Made by a program: the position numbers and the translations under genes. A stretch of 64,000 nt of DNA from Gonapodya sp. JEL0774 (taxonomy: Eukaryota): positions 1 through 64,000 of the forward strand of contig JADIIX010000035.1 of assembly GCA_027604505.1 (NCBI GenBank). The letters are read 5' to 3'. Positions 1 through 12,361 of the stretch are shown piece after piece. The notes beneath the pieces are model-generated. The model worked only from the letters and a program-made list of their open reading frames with translations. It searched no databases and was not told the DNA's origin. Position 1 is the first letter of the stretch. Each line of letters begins with the position of its first letter.

Positions 1-45
1 TCCGCCGACTGGGCAGATTCTCGCCCACTCCACACCGACACTCAC

Positions 46-100
46 CCTTCTCGGCGACGGGGGCCTTCTCTGCGACTTCTGCAGCTTTCTTGGGAGGCAT
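46..100 (-). CDS. H2B: Histone H2B, first exon (gene continues off the left edge)
   Basis: ATG at 100 gives MPPKKAAEVAEKAPVAEK, then a GTGAGT donor at 45. This is a typical fungal H2B N-tail, divergent from H2A 254 bp away. The histone fold itself is outside the window. Confidence 0.75.
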
Positions 101-354
101 TTTGATTCAAAAGTTGTCGACGGTTTCGAAGATTGAAAAACGTGAACGGGTGGGGTCTGAAGTGCGAGACCGTGCTTATGAACATCGCAGGTGTGGCGCA
201 GCTGGATCGCATTCTTGGATCCGCGGTTGGTGTGCAAGGGCAGAACCGGCCTCATATAAAAAGACGAGCCCGCACGGTTTCGAGCCCATCAATCGTTGAA
301 CCGGGAATCCACGCACGTTTTCTCTCGTAAACTTTCGAATCGAATCTCTGAACA
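101..354. promoter_or_regulatory. Bidirectional H2B/H2A promoter
   Basis: Short spacer between divergent histone ATGs; TATA-like CATATAAAAAG at about 253-263. Confidence 0.6.
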
Positions 355-1152
355 ATGTCTGGTGCGTTGATGACGAAGTCCGCCGGGCGATGGCGGGAAT
401 CGGTTTTGTCCGCCTGATGTACCGTGACTGTCTTGGGCTTGTTCGAATCGCGGTCGCTGACCTCCGGTTCCTCTGTTGGTTTCATTTGCTCACAGGAAAG
501 GGAAAAGCCGGAAAAGCTGGAAAGGTGTCTGACTCCAAGTCCAAGTCGCGGTCTGCCAAGGCCGGTCTTCAGGTGAGCTTTCGTTTGAGATGGGCGAAGG
601 TCCGCCATCAGAGTTGAGTCAGTGTCTGACGAAGCAATTCGCTCTTTCCTCTGCGCTTCCGTCTGCGTTGTACTATCGCTCTCCTACCGCCTTCTTCCTG
701 CCACCATTTCAAATTCGTCCCACGACTTTGCTCGTCTCACCAGTTCCCCGTCGGTCGTATCCACCGTCTGCTTCGCAAGGGTAACTACGCCCAGCGTGTC
801 GGTGCTGGCGCTCCCGTCTACCTCGCTGCTGTCCTCGAGTACCTCGTTGCCGAGATTCTTGAGCTTGCTGGAAACGCTGCGCGTGACAACAAGAAGACCC
901 GTATCATCCCCAGGCACTTGCAGGTTGGTGGCAGCAAGTTTGATTTCTGTGTGGCGTTTCCCAATCTGAAATCCCTCCTCCACATTTCTTCTTCAGCTCG
1001 CTATCCGCAACGACGAAGAGCTCAACAAGCTTCTCGCAGGTGTCACCATTGCCCAGGGCGGTGTGCTTCCCAACATCCACTCTGTACTTCTCCCCAAGAA
1101 GATCCCTATGGCTCCCGGCGCCAAGCCCGGCAAGGCCAGCCAGGAGGCTTAA
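355..1152 (+). CDS. H2A: Histone H2A (4 exons: 355-361, 496-572, 744-923, 997-1152)
   Basis: Spliced product [101 protein letters not shown]...KASQEA*. All introns are GT-AG; C-terminal SQE motif. Confidence 0.98.
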
Positions 1153-1570
1153 GTCCGCACTCCACTCTCGTGACGTGTCGCGGATGAAGGGTGCGGCGCG
1201 CTTGTCCGACGTGTTGACTTTTTAGACATATTCGGACTCTTTTCACTCGGAATTTTTAAATTCCACCTCCAATTATTGTTCTCTTGCATTAGTTTTACCT
1301 TCTTTTAATGTTCGATGTACGACTGCAATTTTCATAGTCTTATTTACGAAACTCCTACTCTGTCGCCTTCCGTTCTTTGTGGTTTTTGGATTTTGTCCTG
1401 CGTCTGTTGGAATCCTTATGTTCTCTCTGAACGTCCATGCGTGCCTTTTCTCTGTCCTTACGGCACATATTTCCTTCCTTGGTCAATCGATTGCTTGTGT
1501 AAATCAAATTACATTACATAATGGTTGCCGGTCACGGATGACCCAGAGCCGACTTGGGACTTTGAACAAA

Positions 1571-4349
1571 ATGGCAACCTCAAGTCGCCACCCGAAGATT
1601 GGGGAATCTCATCAGCGGACATCCTCAGCTGTAACATCGATTTACGAACCAGAAGCATTTGCAGTGTCGGACAGCCATGCCAAGGCTCCTGAGCCTGAGA
1701 CGACGCCGCTTCTCGACGCCGATCGGGCTCCGGAAGACATTGTGGACCCCGTATCGAAAGGGTTTCGCCTGGTCGTGATGCGATATGCCCCTGTTCTCTT
1801 CGTGTTTTTCATGGCGGGGTGTGTTTCCAAATATGTGCTGTATCCCGTGATCGGTGTCTTACCTTTGAAATCTCCTATGGTTCGCTCTCTGCCATTCTGT
1901 TTCACACTGCAACAGTATTTCCACGGTTGCTGCGAGGGATCAGCTTATTATTGGGTGGATATGCGAGGGACTGTAAGTACCAGTTCCCAGAGCCTGGACC
2001 ACAACGAATTCGATCGTCGGGAAATTCGGGTCTCTGCTGGGTCGCATTTCCTTGCCGTTTAACGTAGCGCTTGTCGTGTGGACTGCACTATGGTTCGTTT
2101 GGAAAAGTCACGCATCACGGTCTGCAACCGCCAAGATTGCTTCCGCTGGAACGAGGACCTGGATTCGATTGCCCGGAAACTCAGAAACGACTACTGGTGA
2201 CATTTTGATCTATTAGAGATCATTCGTAACTATCATGTTCGAAGGGGAGCGTGGTTGGGTCTATGACTTGCGAGGTGTGACCGCACACTTGTGAAGGCAA
2301 CCAACGGCGCCGGATGGTGTCACTTCGCTTTCAATCGGTAATCTAACCAATACTCACCTTTTGGGTTGTCACATGTGTGTTGAACCTCAGTTACCCCACG
2401 ACCGATCCTCCTTCCCGTGACTCCGCCGTACAACCACCAGTCGACCGCTGCAATTCATCTGCCGTGCAGTCTCTCGTGAGCAATTCGATCGTAGTGTTTT
2501 TGCCTCAGATATTTGATCCAGCATTCCATTGTTTTGGGGTATGTTAAGTCTTCTCAATGGCTTGTCATACTGTCACTGTGCTACAACCTGCCTGCCGCTT
2601 TCGTGGTTCCCGTGTATGGGTGGTTGAGTGACCGTGGATGGAGAAAACGTGTCCTCTTTTGTGGGTTTGGTGCTTTTTGCAAGCTGGGACCGGATAATTA
2701 CCGATGATATGTTCATGCATTCTGCTCATTTCATTAATTTTCGTTCACAGTTCCCGTCATGGGATCTCTCATTGAGAAGCTGTCTGTGATATGCTTGTCG
2801 TTTCCACTTGACAGATCACTGAGGCCGATCGATGGAATTCCGTCGCACATTCTTCCGACTCTCTGTCTCGGCACTTTTATAAAGTGAGAATACTCGATAT
2901 CACAGACACTTGATTCCTACACCTCAAAATGGCTTGGCATTGCCGTCATTCCGCCAATTTAGTGGTCTCCTCGGGTCGTATCCTGTCGCAATGCTTTCGG
3001 CATTCGCCGCACTGGCGGACGCAACTCCTCCTGCTGGACGCACTCTAAATATTGCCAGAATGGAGGCCGTTTTTATGGGGGCATTCGCTTTGGGTGTGAG
3101 TGAAAGCCTATGGGATGGGTATGTCCTTGAATTCCAATTAAGCATTCGTCCGTTGTACCAGCCGCTCATTGGAGGCGCCCTAGTCCGCCTCGCTGACTCA
3201 GTTTCTAGCCCCACGTCTTCAAGCTCCTTCTTTACTTCCTTCGAAGGTTATCGCGCCAATTTTGCACCATTCTGGCTCGCCGGGCTGGCCGACATCATTG
3301 TTCTAGTTGCACTCCGAATGGCCGTACCTGAAATTTCTCCCAGTGTCTCGAAGCGAACGGTGGTGGTCCTGGAGGACGAGCTGGCTGAAAGTGGAGCTTC
3401 AACAGTTACGCTGATTCGCACGGAGGTAAATGAAGGCGAAGGCCGGTTCACCAGATGGAAGAGGACTGTGTCGAGTGCTCTCTGGGGTGAGAACAGGGAC
3501 AGGACAATGCTGGCCACTGTGCTCGTGCTGTTTTTCTGCAAGTTCCAGTGAGTGTGTTATTCGGGTCACCTAATGATCCTGAAGTTCAATCATTGTTCCA
3601 TCCACTGCAGGGGTACAAAGTTTGGTGAGTTCCATTCAGATTTGACGTTGTCAAGCATTTGTAGAACCAGTTGCTGACGCGCCGGTGATCGCCAGTCTTC
3701 GTCCTATATACCCGTTTGCGTTTCAACTGGCAAACATTCGAGGACGGAATTTTCATAGCGGCGACGTCCCTTTCCCGAGCCGCGTTTCTACTTCTCCTTT
3801 TACCCCTCACAGTTCGAGTCTTCAAAAAGGTGGATGGAATTGACGTCTTGCTTGTGAGAGTTGGAGTATGCGCCCTGGTCGCCGCTCAAGTGATGTACGC
3901 TTTCGCGTGGAACGGATGGATTTTCTTCTCTGGTAAGGATATGACTGTGGTGTATACAGACGGTCAACGGAGAGTAATGTCCGAGCACCTTTTCCATACA
4001 TACTTTCACACCAGTGGCCGCTCTCATCGACAGTCCCGCCTTTGCACTTTTAACCCCAGCAATCCGAAGCTTGCTTTCTTCTGCAACTCCCCCGACTCAC
4101 CAAGCTCGTCTTTTCTCGCTTGTCTCCTTGGTGGAGAACCTGTTCGGAGTTGTGAGTCCTGCAGTGTTTGGTGTTATCTATGCCGAATTGGTACAAATGC
4201 GGAGCGAGAATGCGATTTACCTGGTTTTTGCGGCGATGCTGTTGCTTGGTGCTGTAATCACGATGTTTGTGAGGAGAGACATGGTTGAGCGGAGCAGGGA
4301 GGCGTGGCTTGCAGAAGATTATGAGCGTATTGACGATGCTGGGGAATAG
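1571..4349 (+). CDS. MFS transporter, SLC46/PCFT-like (multi-exon)
   Basis: Exons give TM1 then WIC...RCNSSAVQ, motif A (YGWLSDRGWRKRVL), AFAALADATPPAGRT, RFNWQTFEDG and PAIRSLLSSATPPTHQARLFS; many hydrophobic helices. Confidence 0.85.
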
Positions 4350-4769
4350 GAGATAGAGGTCTAATGTGACTCACTTTCAACACACGACGAATAAGGCTGG
4401 AGGACTTACACTAATTCTCCCGTGAGGTCAATTTTGTTTGCTCTTGATCTCCGCGGCAACCTTAATTGCAGACAATAATGTACATATTCTACAATAACAC
4501 TGAGAAATTTGAACGCGGTTGTTGAGTTATCTCCTGCCACTGCGCTGTCCGCCATGCTCAGCAACCTCAGGAGGATGTGCTCCATACGAGCAAGGGATTG
4601 TGATGCGCGGATTGCGGGATTAGGCATAATACGGTCGATCTTTGGTTCACCGGCAGCCACTTGCAATGCGTGTTGCGTTTTTGAATGATTTGCTATGATC
4701 AAGCACTGGACTGCTGTACATATGCATTAAGCTCCGGTACGCACACACCACACCCCCCAAGCCCAGTCC

Positions 4770-7599
4770 TCACCACCCTGAAGCTTCCACTTCCAGGCTC
4801 AAAATATCGTCCAGTACTCTCTGTGCCTTTTTGTGGCCTTGCTGAGCTGCTTTATGGAACCACATGAATGCTCTTTCCGTATCCTCCGCCACACCTTCAC
4901 CCATCATATATGCAATACCCTATTTATACTGGGCACCTGCATCGCGTTGCCCAGCAGCCTTCTCGTAATAATAAACAGCTCTCTTCTTGTCCTCCGCGAT
5001 TCCTCTACCTTGTTCAAAAGCCATCGCCAAGTTACACTGGGCCTTCACGAAACCCTGCATTGCTGCTCTGAAGAAGTACAAGGCTGTCTTTTCTTCATTC
5101 TTCTATACACCCTCACCATTGCTCAGCATGGAACTAAAGTTGAACTGGGAGGCCGGGTCACCTTGTTCTGCCGCTTGTCTCCACCACTCAGCCGCCGTTG
5201 TCAAATCCATCTCAACCTTCGTCCCAAAGTAGTACGCTTTTCCAACAGCATACTGCGCTGCAAGATGTCCCTGCTCTGCGGCCTGTAGATGCCACGTGAA
5301 CGCCAACGAATCACTTTGTTCCACGCCGTCGCCACTCGCATAACAATTTCCAATTTCATATTGAAAAGCTCGGTCACCTTTCTCAGCCGCACGGAGGTAC
5401 CATTTTGCTCCAGCTCGCAAGTCCTGGCCGACGCCTATGCCTGCTCCATGGGCTATTGCAAGATTGTATTGAGCGGCTGGCAGGCCTTGAATCGGGGCTC
5501 TCTAGTATAGATCAATTGCTTTGTGTTCGTCCCTTTCAACACCGTCACCAGTCTCAAAGAGAGTCCCCAAGTTAAACTGAGCGATTACATGTCCCTGATC
5601 TGCCACTCGCTGCCACCGCTCGACAGCCGCTTCGTTGTCCTTCGTTTCAATTCTGCCACTGTTGAATGCTCCTCCAATCCTGAATTGTGCATCTATATCA
5701 CCCTGCTTGGCTGCCTGCAGCCACCACCTTATACATTCTGTGTTACTCTTCTCCGACCCTCAAGATAAAAACTTCCAAGGTCGCGCTGAGCTCTGGCATG
5801 ATTCTGTTCCGCGGCCTGTCGGTACCAGTGTGCAGCCTTTGGGAGGTCTCTTATGACATATCCCAATCCGTACCGATAAAAGAAGGCAAGACGCTCCTGT
5901 GCATCTGCGAAACCCAATTCCGCAGTATGTTGGTAAAGGAGTAGAGCTTGATCAACATCGACAGTTCCATCTGGAGTCTTGGGAATCTTGCTGGGTTGCA
6001 AAGCATGTGCGATTTCTTCGTGAGAGAGCGTGCTCAGTAGGGACGTCTGCAAGTCAGTGACAGAATCTCGTCCGTTTTCCTTGCGGGAACTGACACCATC
6101 ATTCTTTGTCAGCAAAACTAATATTAGCAGTTGATCGTGAACACACATTGAGGGGTAAGCGTACCTTCGAGAGTCGAGAAGCTCTTTGACTCGGACCTTA
6201 ATCCGTTCAAATGTTGGTCGTACTGCTGGGTCTTGGTGACAGCACTCCTCCATGAGTGCTTGCAGGCTTTCAGGTATCCCTGAATCCACAGGCAGGCTGG
6301 GGCGGAGCCCATTGTAGATTCGTACCAGCGGTCATCCCACCGATCGTTAAGGAGATCCCAATATGCGTCGCGCGCATCTATACCTGTCCAATCGCGAATC
6401 AAGCTAGGTCAGATTCAAATCAATCTTCCGAAATGGATCGCCCTGGAGACATCGTAGAGCTCGACTCACCTCGTAAAGTGAGATCTCATACGAGTAGACA
6501 TCATCCTCCTTCACAGTTTGCATACGGCCCAGACGACTGGGAGACATGTACCACGACGTGTCCACCCGAACACCCTCGTAGACCGAATCCTGGATATCGG
6601 CAAGCAGAGCTCTCCGGGCGGCTTCCCCAAGCCAATAAGTATAAGGACGCTCTTTTGAAGGGGTCTAGTTGTGGCGTTGGCATGAGCATCACGCCTCTTT
6701 TTCAAGTTTCAACTCTACAAATTACTCACGTCTTCGGGAACTTTGGCAAACCCGAAATCGGTGAGGCGGCACTCTCCATGCTTGTCAACGAGAACTTTTA
6801 GATCTGCGTGGACGACATCCATGTCGTGGAGGCATTCCATGGCACACGCCAGGCCATACAACTTACAAAAGGTAGGTGTAACGAATGGGGTGAGCAACAG
6901 TGAGTGGAGAGTTTGCAGCAATAAGCGAAAAATACCCACAAGCGTAAGTGCTTTCAGCTGCCGATCTTCCGCAGACGTGCTCTTTTGCAGATAGCTCATT
7001 GCATCCCCGTTTGCCATGAGCGGTGATATGAAAAACCGTCGGCCGTCCAGTGGAAGTACCACATACAGGGGGAGAATGTTGGGAGATATCATATTGTACC
7101 ACACTCGAGCCTCGCTATTGAATTGCTTTATAACGGTGCAAGTCGTCGAGAGAAGATTTGGCGACTGCGGTTGGTGGCTGCTGGTCTGCAACTTTCCACT
7201 GACCAAAACTGTACCATGAACCTCAGAATCATAGGTGCTCGTCAGATTTAAGTCCGTGATCTTGTTGTGTACCCGTGACATCTGGCCCACTGGGTGGCCA
7301 CAGACTAGTATAAATACCCACATGTACTAGAGACACTAGCAATATACATACGAGTACTCGAGACTACGTCCGGACCCACGGAACCGTCACGGTTACACCA
7401 CAATCTTCACCGCCACGTTCACGAGCCCTTCCCAAACACCTTTGTAGACCTTACCGAATCCACCCTTGGCGATCAAGTTGTCGGGAGACTGACTGAACAC
7501 GACGGAATGGTCGTCGGCCTGCCAATAAATGAGGGGCAGGTCCACGATGTCAGTTCGGAGTGAGATGGCTCGAGCGGCGGCTCGAGGATTCATGTTCAT
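4770..7599 (-). pseudogene. TKL-type protein kinase plus C-terminal Sel1 repeats, pseudogene
   Basis: AKGGFGKVYKG..VAVK, HADLK-VLV (catalytic-loop xxN deleted), DFG and CCHQDPAVRPTF, then about 8 Sel1 repeats (AAEQGHLAAQYAVG etc.). In-frame TAGs at 5502-5504, 5103-5105 and 4920-4922, frameshifts, and an insertion at 7268-7397. Confidence 0.85.
7268..7397. mobile_element. 130-bp TG..CA element with 12-bp terminal inverted repeats (solo-LTR- or MITE-like)
   Basis: Starts TGTACCCGTGAC and ends GTCACGGTTACA (11/12 inverted match); internal TATAAATA; interrupts the kinase right after VAVKIV. No clean TSD. Confidence 0.55.
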
Positions 7600-7949
7600 T
7601 TTATGGAGAGGAGAGCGGGAGAGTGCGTTTTCGTGGTGATGTATTCTTTGGCAACCGAATCAAACATTTGTGTGGACGTGCCGTTCTCGTTGGATCAGAA
7701 GCGTTCCATCCACCGCTGATGAACGGAGCCTCTCAATACGTAATGTATTACAGATTATATATATGTACAAAGAAAGTAACATATACGTATCGAATCATTC
7801 TTCCACAGCTGGTACACGTACGTGTAAACAGTGACTGGATGGCAATATATATGAGGGTGCTGCATATAACGTCAGCGATTTCGACCCTCCTGGAACACTG
7901 ATCTCAACAACTCTCGTAGTCGACCCATCGATTTGGACACGCAAACACA

Positions 7950-8516
7950 ATGTCCCAGCCACCAGTCGTTCCTGGAAGACATCGCAAAACGCGGACCCCT
8001 TTCGAACCGTCGGACGCTTCAACGTTTTACTTCTCCTTCACCGCTCCAGACGCGAACGAGGTCATTTTCGAAAGTGAACTGGACAACTGGGGAGAGGGTA
8101 GGTGCTGTTATCTCATGTTTTGGTACTTCTTGATAGAGATTGACATCAGATGCCGGGATGACTGTCAGGCAAGTCAATGGAACGCTGTGAGGACGATCGA
8201 AACAAGTGGGAAATCACAATTGAGGTTCCCTGGGAAGGCGATGACCTCCTTTTCAAGTTTCGTGGTGTGTGCATCCGTGATTTGCCCATCGTTTGCGAGT
8301 GGTTACGTAATGAGTCATGGTATTCAGTGGATGGAAAATGGACGCTCTCGCCGGACTATCCGACACGGAAACTAGGAGAACACGAAAATAGTGAGTCTTG
8401 ACTGATGCTGCAACCCACATCTCTTGACCAGCTGAAACCTTTGTCGGGTAATGCATTCCTCAGATTTCACGCACATTCCCATCGTCGACCTCTCACAACC
8501 CAAGAAAGCCGCATGA
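7950..8516 (+). CDS. Small stand-alone CBM48/AMPK1_CBM-like glycogen-binding protein (exons 7950-8097, 8169-8264, 8328-8390, 8464-8516)
   Basis: Spliced FYFSFTAPDANEVIFESELDNWGEGKSMERCEDDRNKWEITIEVPWEGDDLLFKFRVDGKWTLSPDYPTRKLGEHENNFTHI matches the AMPK-beta CBM pattern (..NW..M...FKF.VDG.W...P..P......NN). Confidence 0.8.
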
Positions 8517-8840
8517 AGTGTTCAACTGAGCTGTTGAAGATCGGAAGTCGTTGTCTTTTTGTCGTGTCTGGCGACCCTACATTCTACTCTGTAACAGTGT
8601 GCACGAGAACACACTGCACATTGTAAGATTATAAGGCATTACTTACATTGTTCATAGTTTGGTGGTGCTATTGAGCATTAAACAAGAGCTCAGAGTCATC
8701 TCATCATCATCAAAGGACGCTGTCGTTCTAAAGGTGCTCATAATATTCCATTCAAAATTCATTCATTACTATCGCTCTATGTTGCAATGCTAAACAATCA
8801 TTTGAAGGCTCAACATCCTTGCGTTGTACCTCACACGAAG

Positions 8841-11578
8841 CTACCACTTGACCGTCAACGCGTTCACCTCCACCTTGTCCACTGCGTGGTATTCAGTCAG
8901 CAGAAATCGCCGTGCTTTGTCTGAGTCGAGCGAGCCTAGCCACTCTCTGGTAAGACAAGCCACCGTTATCACCCGTCAGTTGGATAATGTGGGAATGTGG
9001 CGAAAACCTCGAGACTCACTTCACGACCCCATCCACCGCAGGATTCTCCCATAAGTCCAATTCGGGTAGCTCCGCATACTCTTCTCGGTATTTAGACTCT
9101 GAATTGCTGATCCACTCGCGTGCGTTGACTGGTGCTGCGGTACCATCGGGGTTGGGGTCAGGCCGAAGCTGGCCGCCGCCGTTGATGCAGCCTAAAAGGA
9201 ACACGGAACCAGCATCTCTTATCAATCAAGTTATGCTGTGCAACAATATCCAAAACTCACCGCTCGGACACGCCATCACCTCCACGAAAGTGTACCCAAC
9301 TTCCTCCTCCTCCACTTCAACCTCCCCTCCATTCCCTGCCGCCTTCTTCCTCGCTGCAATCCTCGCCTTTGCTCTCATTCGTGCCGTCGCAGCACTGCCG
9401 GCGACACCAGCAGCGGGCACTTTGCGCACCAAATTCTGAATGTTTCTGAAACCGTAGGAAAACGCAAACTTGAAGAGCGTCGTAGCACGAGGAGACGATA
9501 CGGGACGAGCCGTGATGACCCAATCGAGATGGTCTTGGTTGCGAGAGGGGACAGTCGCCAGTCGGATAACAAGGAGCTCGGGCGGGTCCACCGATGAATG
9601 GTTGTTGTCGGTAGTTTGGCCGTTGCCATTTGCGTGGCCGTTTGCATGTCCATTCATTGAAGAGTCCACGTCCATCCCATTCGACTCAACTTTCACAGGG
9701 GGGGCATAATTCGCGGTCGTTTTGCGGAGCTTCCCAGCAACCCATCCGTCTACATTTCCTTCCGGCACCATCCATTCCTTTGCGTTTCCCCCTCCCCCAG
9801 CCCCAACCTGATCTACTTCACTCCAATCACACCTCACACCGCAAACGTCCGCAAGCACCGCTCTCACGACGTGGACCAAATATCCACCGCTCGTCCCGCC
9901 GGCAGTCCTCCAACGGACGCCATATGCGGTCTCTAAATCACCCTCCGGCACCTCCGGGAACCACTCGGGGCCTCTAGCCATCCTCACGCGTGCATCGGAT
10001 GCCACGTGCTCCCACACCCCCTGGGCTTCGGGATCACCACACCCAACCTCCCTCCATAACCTCTCCACCTCGGCCGTTGTCAGAACACAGTCCACATCTC
10101 GCGTGGAATGCTCCTCAGAGAAAAAGTCCGGCCGCGAGCCTTCTAGTTTTTTGTCGTAGCAAGGCATAACTGAGATATGGTAAATTTGGTTGGGAAGGGG
10201 GTGTGGGTTGGCAGATGTAGGAGAAGGGAGGCGAGTCGCAATATGGTATTTCGCAAGTGAACCCATGACTTGTTGTGGGGATTTGGATGCAAGGAGGTGA
10301 GGGATAAGATGCGGATGGGTCTTTTCGGCGTAGCACACCCAGCCTACCGCAAAACGTACCGCGGTTAACATGTCCACGACAACACCAGACAACAGCAAGC
10401 TCACGCCACCACACTCACCTGGGCACGCTCCCGCCAAAGCTGGTCCGCTCTTCCCTTCCTCGCCTCTGACGCCCTTCCTCCATCTTGCCACTACCTCCTC
10501 CACAGTGCTCCTCAAACAAACTTCCCTCGCAAACGACGCATCCAGCACCACGTGGCAGCCAAGGGCGCGGAACAGCCATCGTAAGCGGGCCTGTACAGTC
10601 CGTGTTGGGATGTCGTACTTGTTGGCAATGGAGGCACGGGATTGTGCAGAGATGGACACGATGATAGGACGATGGAGGTGGGGTTGGTTGGTCTGCAATA
10701 GTTTCAGAGGTAAAGGGTTAGCAAGACTATGTAATAATACTATGTTTGGCGACGTGCAACCCGTGTACGAACCTCAAATGATTTTCGGTTGGCGCGGAGG
10801 ACCTCGTAAAGCTCTTTGTGGGACTGCATAGCAACCAGCACGGACTCGGCTGATGTGATGCAACCACTGGACCAGATTCAAAAGGCAACAGCGAAACGGT
10901 GAGCCTTGCTATCGCAGAGCTCCTCGAGCTCCTGTCGTCCACATCGGGGTCCTCGAACTGCGTTTCCGTGAGCAACGATATCGCTCCTTTCATGCGAGAA
11001 AAGCCCGCATCTGATCCTTTACTATATCCATCCCTGGTCTGGATGATGGGTCGCCCACCTGACAACCAAGAGGTTCCACCGAGAACTGTGATCTCATACC
11101 ACATCATCCGAGCCAATCACAGAGTTTTCGTGAGTTCTGTACCTCCGCCCGGCTCTAAAATGTCCCATTCTCTCCCGTTCTACAGTCGTTCATCGCCGGA
11201 AACCAAAACTAACCTGCAGGCAAGGCAGTCATTTAAAGTGATCTGAGCGGCTTCAAGCTCCTGCCGGCCACTCTTCCCGTCCGCGCTAACCTCAAAATAC
11301 GCGCCAGAATCATCCAGTTCTATCTTGATGGGTGCCTGGAGGATAGAGAGGTGAAAACGGTAAACGGTCAGTCGGAGGAGGGGAGATCATCAAATGGGTG
11401 AAGCACAGCTCCTCAGAGATGAAGAGCACAGGTTCAATTCCATACTTGCCTTTGAGTCTCCATTCGAGGGTTTGGCTGATTTGGAAGGCTTTTTCGGCTC
11501 AGGCGGTTTCACGCAAGCTTGCGAGGGAGCAATATAATCGTTAAGGTCGGTCAACTGAATTCCAGCGGAAAAAGACAT
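8841..11578 (-). CDS. NAR1: Cytosolic Fe-S assembly factor NAR1 (iron-only hydrogenase-like)
   Basis: MSFSAGIQLTDLNDYIAPSQACVKP, ITLNDCLACSGCITSAESVL, ACPGWVCYAEK, MPCYDKKLE, DVDCVLT, YGFRNIQNLVRK, EVMACPSGCINGGGQ, C-terminal ..TVKW*. Confidence 0.96.
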
Positions 11579-12361
11579 GTCGCTCTTTGGCGGCCGTCGC
11601 GTTTGCCGGTCTCGGATGAAGTGGGATGGGAGCCCACGGATTGAGATTCGGTTTGTGGAGAGATTTCGAAATCCTGGTGACAGGTCGAGGCACACCACAA
11701 TCTCGTCATCCACAGACCCGCAAACGATGGTTACTTGGAAAAATACCGGGATCTATTCAAACGTTCTGCCTAGTCACCGAAGGATGGCGTGGATCAAAAA
11801 ATTGTGAAGAGTCTGGGGCTAAAATCAGAGAGTCGCCTGATTGGTGGGCATTCCCAAAACCTTCAATTTCACAACAGAAAAGCTGTGCCGGATAGTTGCA
11901 AGCGCGATGTGGTTCCCTCAGATGTCTTCCACTCCCTTCCTGGTATGTAGAATGTAGCGTTATATCGTTGTATTACATGTCGTCTTTATCTAAGAAGTCA
12001 TGAAACATTCACACCACCTTGCTGCTGAGCTTTTCGACGCAATTGAACTGCGCAAGCGTTATTGCAATTCACGTTGCCACATGAGTATAAGATGTCGTGG
12101 CGCTCGGTTATAGTACCGTCATTTTCCAGGAAAGTTTGTACTGATGAATAAATCAATTTCTGTAAAGCACGGCAAGCAGCATGGCCATGTGCATCAGGTA
12201 TCCTGAGTTGTATGAAATATTCACAATCGATATGAATAACAGGGTAGTAAATCTACCTTTTGGAGATTTATATAACATGTTGCCGGTGGGTGGCCGTGGA
12301 AGTCAGCGAAGACACTCCAGACACTCTCCGAACATCCAAACTCGATAATCCAATAATAATA

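Noticed and set aside
368..460. C/D-box snoRNA in H2A intron 1 (TGATGA ... CTGA ... CTGA)
   Set aside because: No terminal stem, the last CTGA doubles as the GCTGAC branch point, and no rRNA-complementary guide was recognised.
4920..5504. TAG stop-codon reassignment suggested by three in-frame TAGs in the Sel1 repeats
   Set aside because: They replace different consensus residues, co-occur with frameshifts, and intact genes here (NAR1, SDR, thioesterase) end in TAG.
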